Positions 56,484-64,000 of a stretch of DNA of 64,000 nucleotides are shown piece by piece. The stretch spans positions 30,628,001 to 30,692,000 of the forward strand of contig OZ024761.1 in assembly GCA_964016885.1 (NCBI GenBank). Direction: 5' to 3'. The stretch's first letter is position 1; each line of letters starts with the position of its first letter. Source of the stretch: Eledone cirrhosa. Lineage: Eukaryota. Below the pieces are notes generated by a model that was not told the DNA's origin, searched no databases, and saw only the letters and a program-made list of their open reading frames with translations. Made by a program: the position numbers and the translations under genes.

Positions 56484-59004
56484 TTCAGGTAGGATGGTCG
56501 TTTCTCTTGTCTTCCACCTCTAGTTGTAGATTCTTCATGTCCTCTCTAGCCATAATTATGTCGTCGACATATGCATAAGTTTGATTTCTTCTTGAATGAA
56601 TTGCAAATCTTGAGGTAGCCTTCTTGGTACATTTATTAGCTTTAATTCGTGTTTACACTGCTTGTAATAATTCGTACGTTTTTTACTTTAGATGAAACAT
56701 ATATATAAAAACGTCGGTGGCTGTAGTATACCTTTAAGTTTGATTTCAATAGAAAAATACTTACTGAACATGTGTAACACAATTATAACTGGATCTACTT
56801 AGTTCCTAGCCACTAGAAAAAAATCTATTTGATAGAAGTTATTTCCTAGTTCTATGCACTGTCAATATCCCTTCTACTTTTTATATGCTTGTGTTTGTTA
56901 AAGAAACATTCTCTGATTTAGGAACCACGATCTTCTCGCACCACCGTTGTAGTAATTCTTGTTAAATGTTTTGTCTGGTCTATTGTCAATAAGTGGCCTT
57001 GTTTTCTGATTATGAATAAAGTTAAGTGGTCTACTGAATTGTCTTAATTATTGCTAATTTATAAGTTTGTTTAACTGCCGATAACTTTTAAATCTATTTC
57101 TTAGGTTGCTTAGGCCTACAAATCTTATATCAGTGTCCCTTCTTTTGACACTTTCTACGAGTGAATCCTTAAATTGACATTTTATTTTGGGTTGTACTGC
57201 CTTATCCCACCTATAACAGCTAGAAGCAAATATAGTAAAAACAGGTCCTTGACTGTGGAGACTAATATGAGTTATGTTGAATATAATTGTTGAGGTTTAT
57301 TCAATCTAAGAGAAGAAAAAATAAGTAAAGTGCAAAATTAACGTTTAAAGACAAGAAAAGTATTTCTCTTTCTCTCTGGCAAAATAAATCTGCTGTTTTT
57401 AGACCTAGAGGAGGGGAGGATTGACTCAGTCAGGTTTAAATGCCCACATGACGGTAATTACGGCACCCCTACAACAACAGTTAAGTGTCTATAACCACCA
57501 CGCATTTATGAGACTAAAAACCTTGCTAGTGTATTTTTATTTTGGTAGAAAAGTTTTTAAATAATTTCATAAGTTTTAAATTCAAGTAAGTCCAATATAA
57601 CGTATTTAAACGAATCTATAGATAGGATTTCAATATCTTCCAGAGCTTATGAAATAGTAAAACAATTTTTTTTCTTTTCAATTATATCAAATACCATAAG
57701 TTGTTGTTTATGAAAGAAATGCTAAAATAGATTTAGTTAGTATGACTCTGAAATGTGTTCATAAACGGTAATGTTATGTTTTCCTTAGAGCCTGTCTGTC
57801 TTACAGTATGTTTACACACAATACATACATGCATAGACATAAATTAATTGTTTATTATCTATATTCATCTGTTTACACTCCTCGTAATAATTCGAGCGGT
57901 TTTGTTTTTGTTTTTTCTTCAAGAGATACGTAGATAGAAAAACGTTTGTGGCTTTAGTATTGCTTATTTTAAAGTTTTGTTTAATTGCCGATAAATTTGA
58001 AATATATTTGTTAGGTTTCTTAGAACTACAAATCTTTCTTATGACACTTACTACGGAATACATTCTTAGCTGGATACTTTACTTTGTGATTACTTTCCTC
58101 CCAAAGCCATGACAGCTTGAATCAGATGTAGCAAAAACTTGTGAAGACTGACATGAGTTATGTTGAATATAAGTGTAGACGTAAAATATTTTTGTTTATT
58201 CAATCTAAAGGGAAGGAAAAAGAATTATAAGTCAAGTGCAAAATTAACGTTTAAAGGCATAAGAAAGGTATCTCGCTTTCTCTCCTGTAAAACAAATAGG
58301 CTGTTTTTAGACCAGGAGGATGGGAGGATTGACTCAGTCAGATTTAAATGCACACATGACGGTAAATACGACAGTCCTACAACAGTTAAGTGTCTATAAC
58401 AACCATGCATTTAAGAGACTGAAAACCTTACTAATGTGTTTTTATTTTGGTATTTAAAAACAAATTATATATTTAATTTCATGTAAGTCAAATACAATGT
58501 ATTTAAATGAATCTACAGATGGAGTTGCAATATCTGCCAGGACTTTGGAAATAGGGAAATATATAATTTTTTAAATTAAAACTACTTTTCAAAGGAATAA
58601 TAAAGATATATATATACAGACACACATCTCTAGTGGAGATATTTCTGAGATTGGAAACCCTATCGATGTATGTATTTTGTCACTGAAAAGTTATCAAAAA
58701 ATTATTATTATATATACATGTTTGTGTTTTTGACGTAAGTAAAACGAATCTATATACGAGGTTTTCGATACCTGCCAGAGCTTATGAAATAGTAAAAGAA
58801 TATTTTTATTTTTCAATTATGTCAAACATCGTATGTGGTTCTTTATTAAAGAAATGCTAAAATAGATTTAAATATATGAAATTTGCACAGTAGAATTACG
58901 GCCGCTTGGCTGGCGTCTGGTAAAGTGGTGGTAGTGTAGGTTCGAGCGGAGGGGAAACTAAAAAGGTGGCTTCGAGATGATCGTGGCCCCGGGTAGCCCA
59001 GAAG
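56484..59004 (-). mobile_element. Gypsy relics A+B+C, unit 10
   Basis: Copy of 113-2645. Confidence 0.8.
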
Positions 59005-59237
59005 ATAGAGACCAATCTCTTAAATTAAAAATGTTTTAAACTTAAGATAAAGTAGACGATCGAAACCCTATCTCCAAATCTATACACACTCAATTGATGC
59101 ATAGATACACCACAACTACCCACATGACCACCTACAGACCAACAAATATGGAGTGAAAATAAACACATTTAAAGCTATTTTATTGTTAGACTAAAAATAA
59201 GTTTATATATGTAAATATTCAAAAGAAAATCACTTAA

Positions 59238-59308
59238 GTCTTTATAGTCTAGTGGTAAGACATAGGACTGGGGAATGCCGTGTTTGGATTTCGAATCAAC
59301 TTAAAACA
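59238..59308 (+). pseudogene. tRNA-like sequence, unit 10
   Basis: Copy of 2887-2957. Confidence 0.62.
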
Positions 59309-60845
59309 TTTTTTTTATCCTCACACTGTAAGGAATTTGCTTGATTTGAACACGTAGTCATACCATTTAAAGCTTTATTTTTCTCTTTCTAGTCGTAACA
59401 CAGTCAGCATATAAATAAACGTGATTCACTTCAACACGTTGCCATACCATTTAAAACTTTATTTGGAGATGAGACAAAGACACATAAATACACTAAGTAG
59501 TAAACCCTTGATTTAACTTACTATGAAGATGAAGAATGTCTGTTAATATCAAAGTGACGTTAAATTTAGGGGTCACTTTCATTGTTTTTAATTTACAGAA
59601 ACTCCTTAATATAATACAATGTATATATTAGAAGGAATATTTTTTATTTTCTTGTTCCGTCAAACCTTGCGTTTATTCTACACACACACACGTCGAAACA
59701 CTTGCTTGAGCTGGCTTTCTTAGACATAATGAGAAGTGTTGGCTTTGTGGAGATTGATACAACTTTGGGTGATGTTACGAGGAGAGGCAAGGCTATGGAG
59801 AGTGTCTTAGTGGAAGAGATGATATCAGAGCAGTAACCTCCAAAGAGATGAAATTAGTGACTGAGATGCTATCATTGCATAGTTCAGAATATATATAACA
59901 AACATATACTATAAATTTAACAAGTCAAACTACAGTTATACTCTAACACGGAAGACAAATAAAACTTTACCTCTATCATGCACGTCGTATCCAGTGTGTT
60001 GTTATAAGAAAACCGGTGAAACACTAAATATGCCACCAGTGTAGCGATTTTATACTCTCTCTGCTTCATCGTACCACCCAGTAACATGAAACTGTGTTCA
60101 AATCCCTGGGAGGTAGAATTACGTCGCTTTAAATAAACACACTGGGGTCAGTTTGAATATTGATTTCATGTGAAAAATATATACATATTATGATTGTACT
60201 CCGAACTATCAATATTGAAACAATTCTAATGCGCCAATAAAATTTATATATCTATACAGCAACAGTGTTTTCGATCTTTCTTACTTTTTTATTCACATTC
60301 TACAGTCACTTTAACTCTGTAATAAAACCCAACACGAGACGAACGTTAACTGCAAGTTACCCACGAAATTAACGCAAACACAAATGAATATATATATATA
60401 TACTACTAAAATGTATTTAAAATTAAAAAATAAATACTTAAATTCAATGTATAATTACACGTACAATATGTTTTGTTGTAAAACCCTAAATAATGATTTA
60501 AGAAATGATGTCAATCTCTTTGTACAGAGATAAACATTAATTTATGTATATGCATTGTGTGTGCGTATATACTCCATTTAAGACAGCGAAAAAGCCAGTA
60601 CCTCCTTCGAAGAATGCCAAATAGTTTATGCCTCAGGGATACCGGTGTAACACTAATTAAGTTACCGGTGTAGATATTTCAGTTGAACCCTGCTTCAACA
60701 AACTACCCGGTAATTTGAAATCGAGTTCAGAGTGAGGGGTGTAAAACAGAATTCTGTTTGGAAAATAGTAAATTCTAAACCTGCTAGAAATAATAGCCAA
60801 ATGTCGTACTTTGGGTACGAGGTGCGACTCGTCTTACCTCTTCTA

Positions 60846-60881
<36 letters not shown>

Positions 60882-61115
60882 AGATTCACGGGTCGCGGCG
60901 GAGAGAAACCACAATAAATACAATGTACTCAATAGATTGGCATAGTATATATATATATGTGTGTACATATAAATATGTGTGTGTGTGTATGTATATATAT
61001 ATATGTATAAATGTATATATACATATAAATACTTATATATATATATACATAAACATATGTATACATACACACATATATAAATAAATATGTGTGTATATAT
61101 ATATATATCTGTGTG

Positions 61116-61169
<54 letters not shown>

Positions 61170-61212
61170 TTACTTAGGTTCTAAGGAATATTCCGCGAAT
61201 GTCGGGGTTTAC

Positions 61213-61243
<31 letters not shown>

Positions 61244-61250
61244 GTATATA

Positions 61251-61643
61251 CATATTTATTACTTTCACTGTTATTTCTAGCATAAAAAAGAAAAACCGGA
61301 AGGGGAGAAAATTGAAAAACTTCTTCTTTTTCCCTCCTCTAACTTTTTAAACAAAAGGAAATTTGATGTAAACAAAAACGAAATTTTTGCCAAGAAAGAT
61401 AACTCTTCTCTGACTTAAATCCAAAATTGGGATACAAAAAAAATTCCGCAATTTTTTGTATCCCAATTTTGGATTTAAGTCAGAGAAGAGTTATCTTTCT
61501 TGGCAAAAATTTCGTTTTTGTTTACATAAAATTCTCTTTTGTTTGAAAAGTTAGAGGAGGGAAAAAGAAGAAGTTTTTCAATTTTCTCCACTTCCCGTTT
61601 TTTCTAGTGTATACTAGAAATAGCAGTCAAAGCAATATATATG
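61251..61643. repeat. 393-bp palindrome, unit 10
   Basis: Copy of 4891-5283. Confidence 0.96.
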
Positions 61644-62084
61644 CCTTTTGTGACAATATATATTGTTTTAACGCTAGATTATTAACAACAATATATTGTA
61701 TTTGTTGGCCTATTGGACGCAGAAGACGCTCACTCGATTTTTATTATATTTTACGTTGTATTTTGAGGTTTATAGACATTTCTATGGACCACCTACAATA
61801 TTCGCGGTTTTTCACTATTCTCGGGTTCTCTAGGACTGTAAACCCCACGAATGCCGGGGGGGTAAATGTATATGAATATATCGACTGATAATATACAGTA
61901 TAATTGTACGAGTATGCATATACATAGCAATATATATACATATTTACACATATATGTACATATCTATATATAGACGCACATGTATATATATATATATATA
62001 GACACACATGTATATATATATATATATATATGCATGTATGTATATATGTATACACATATATATATATATGAATGTCTGTATATA

Positions 62085-62126
<42 letters not shown>

Positions 62127-62640
62127 GACATGTGTGTGTGTGTGTGTACATTCTTAGGTATATACATATATATTTATACACACATACATACAAATATATA
62201 TATTTCTATGAGTCACAGTTTATTACACATTGGAGACAGAGTGAGAGATTTAGCTTTCATTTTTAGCAGATTTAGAAACTTTGCAAACGCTTTATTTTTT
62301 CTTATTGCCGGTACTCTGAACACGATTTGAAATGACTGGAGTGAGTTTATAAAAGGGTAAACTGAAATAGTTGCACCGGTAATATATTTAGTGTTACACC
62401 GGTATTTTCGAAACAGTCTCTTTCGCATTCGTCTGCAAGAGGTAACGGTTTCTATGCCGTCTCTGTTAGTGTAGAACTGTAGGTTGACTTGCCTGGTTTT
62501 TACAACTCTTTGTCAACATGCATATTATTATTATATACTTTCAAACACACTTACATATATTATATTTATAAACATATAGGATTTTACTAAGTTTTTATTC
62601 TTTCTAATGTGAAGAGATAGAAATAAGTTAAAACTAAAGT

Positions 62641-64000
62641 ATAATGATATAACAACCGTATATAATAGTTTTCTCCCCTTTATTGAGATGCAAACGTTTT
62701 AAAGAAAAAACATGACAGTATAAGAAATATTTAATATCATAACATATAATATTTCAGGTAGGATGGTCGTTTCTCTTGTCTTCCACCTCTAGTTGTAGAT
62801 TCTTCATGTCCTCTCTAGCCATAATTATGTCGTCGACATATGCATAAGTTTGATTTCTTCTTGAATGAATTGCAAATCTTGAGGTAGCCTTCTTGGTACA
62901 TTTATTAGCTTTAATTCGTGTTTACACTGCTTGTAATAATTCGTACGTTTTTTACTTTAGATGAAACATATATATAAAAACGTCTGTGGCTTTAGTATAC
63001 CTTTAAGTTTGATTTCAATAGAAAAATACTTACTGAACATGTGTAACACAATTATAACTGGATCTACTTAGTTCCTAGCCACTAGAAAAAAATCTATTTG
63101 ATAGAAGTTATTTCCTAGTTCTATGCACTGTCAATACCCCTTCTACTTTTTATATTTTTGTTTATTCAATCTAAAGGGAAGGCAAAAGAATTATAAGTCA
63201 AGTGCAAAATTAACGTTTAAAGGCATAAGAAAGGTATCTCGCTTTCTCTCCTGTAAAATAAATAGGCTGTTTTTAGACCAGGAGGATGGGAGGATTGACT
63301 TAGTCAGATTTAAATGCACACATGACGGTAAATACGACAGTCCTACAACAACAGTTAATTGTCTATAACAACCATTCATTTAAGAGACTGAAAACCTTAC
63401 TAATGTGTTTTTATTTTGGTACTTGAAAACAAAATTTAAAAACAAATTATATATTTAATTTCACGTAAGTCAAATACAATGTATTTAAATGAATCTACAA
63501 ATGGAGTTGCAATATCTGCCAGGACTTTGGAAATAGGGAAATATGTAATTTTTTAAATTAAAACTACTTTTCAAAGGAATAATAAAGATATACACACACA
63601 CACACACATCTCTAGTGGAGATATTTCTGAGATTGGAAACCCTATCTGATGTATGTATTTTGTCACTAAAAGTTTATCAAAAAATTATTATATATACATG
63701 TGTGTGTTTTCGACGTAAGTAAAATGAATCTATATATGAGATTTTCGATACCTGCCAGAGCTGATGAAATAGTAAAATAATATTTTTTTTTTCAATTATG
63801 TCAACCATCCTATGTAGTTCTTTATTAAAGAAATACTAAAATAGATTTAAATATATGAAAGTTGCACAGTAGTATTACGGCTGTTTGATGGGCGTGTCGT
63901 AAAGTGGTGGTATCGGAGGTAGTGGTTTTCTAGCTAGGTGATGAAGGTTCGAGCGTAGGGGGGAACGCAAAAGGTGGCTTCGAGTTGAGGGTGGGCCGGG
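62641..64000. repeat. Partial/edge unit 11: unit positions 1-515 joined to a diverged equivalent of positions ~1813-2630
   Basis: CTACTTTTTATAT|TTTTGTTTATTCAATCTAAAGGG junction at ~63155; many substitutions and indels downstream of it. Confidence 0.93.

Larger units (their letters stand above)
56372..62640. repeat. Array unit 10 (6269 bp)
   Basis: Anchor-to-anchor distance. Confidence 0.97.
1..63155. repeat. Tandem array (macrosatellite) of a ~6.26 kb unit, 10 full copies plus start of an 11th
   Basis: ATAATGATATAACAACCG recurs at 1, 6275, 12524, 18777, 25054, 31302, 37596, 43859, 50113, 56372 and 62641. The same 79-aa ORF recurs at this spacing. The unit phase is arbitrary (set by the window start). 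Confidence 0.99.

Noticed and set aside
63760-63775. CTGATGA hammerhead ribozyme core
   Set aside because: It is a single substitution of CTTATGA in the gag relic, and no flanking stems are present.
1-64000. CRISPR array or prokaryotic system
   Set aside because: There is no short repeat-spacer structure, no operons, and the content is eukaryotic repeat DNA.

Overview
This is an AT-rich eukaryotic window (probably an invertebrate animal; inferred from composition and repeat content) with no intact protein-coding gene. It is almost entirely a head-to-tail tandem array of a ~6.26 kb unit: 10 near-identical full copies (1-62640) plus a truncated 11th that switches at ~63155 to a clearly more diverged copy, which marks the array edge. 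Each unit is a mosaic of parts. (i) Three minus-strand relics of a Ty3/Gypsy (Mag-like) gag-pol, with decayed paired zinc knuckles, a protease-like stretch, the RT N-terminus and a YVDD motif. (ii) A 71-nt tRNA-like Pol III-type sequence followed by T8. (iii) A possible ~280 bp LTR. (iv) A ~2.55 kb nested inverted-repeat block: two diverged inverted-repeat layers, TA/CA microsatellites and pogo/Tigger-like ends around a near-perfect 393 bp palindrome. Variants shared between units suggest a 5-unit higher-order periodicity and conversion inside the palindrome. The supplied ORFs are microsatellite read-through or off-frame/antisense reads of transposon relics. All alignments were done by eye.
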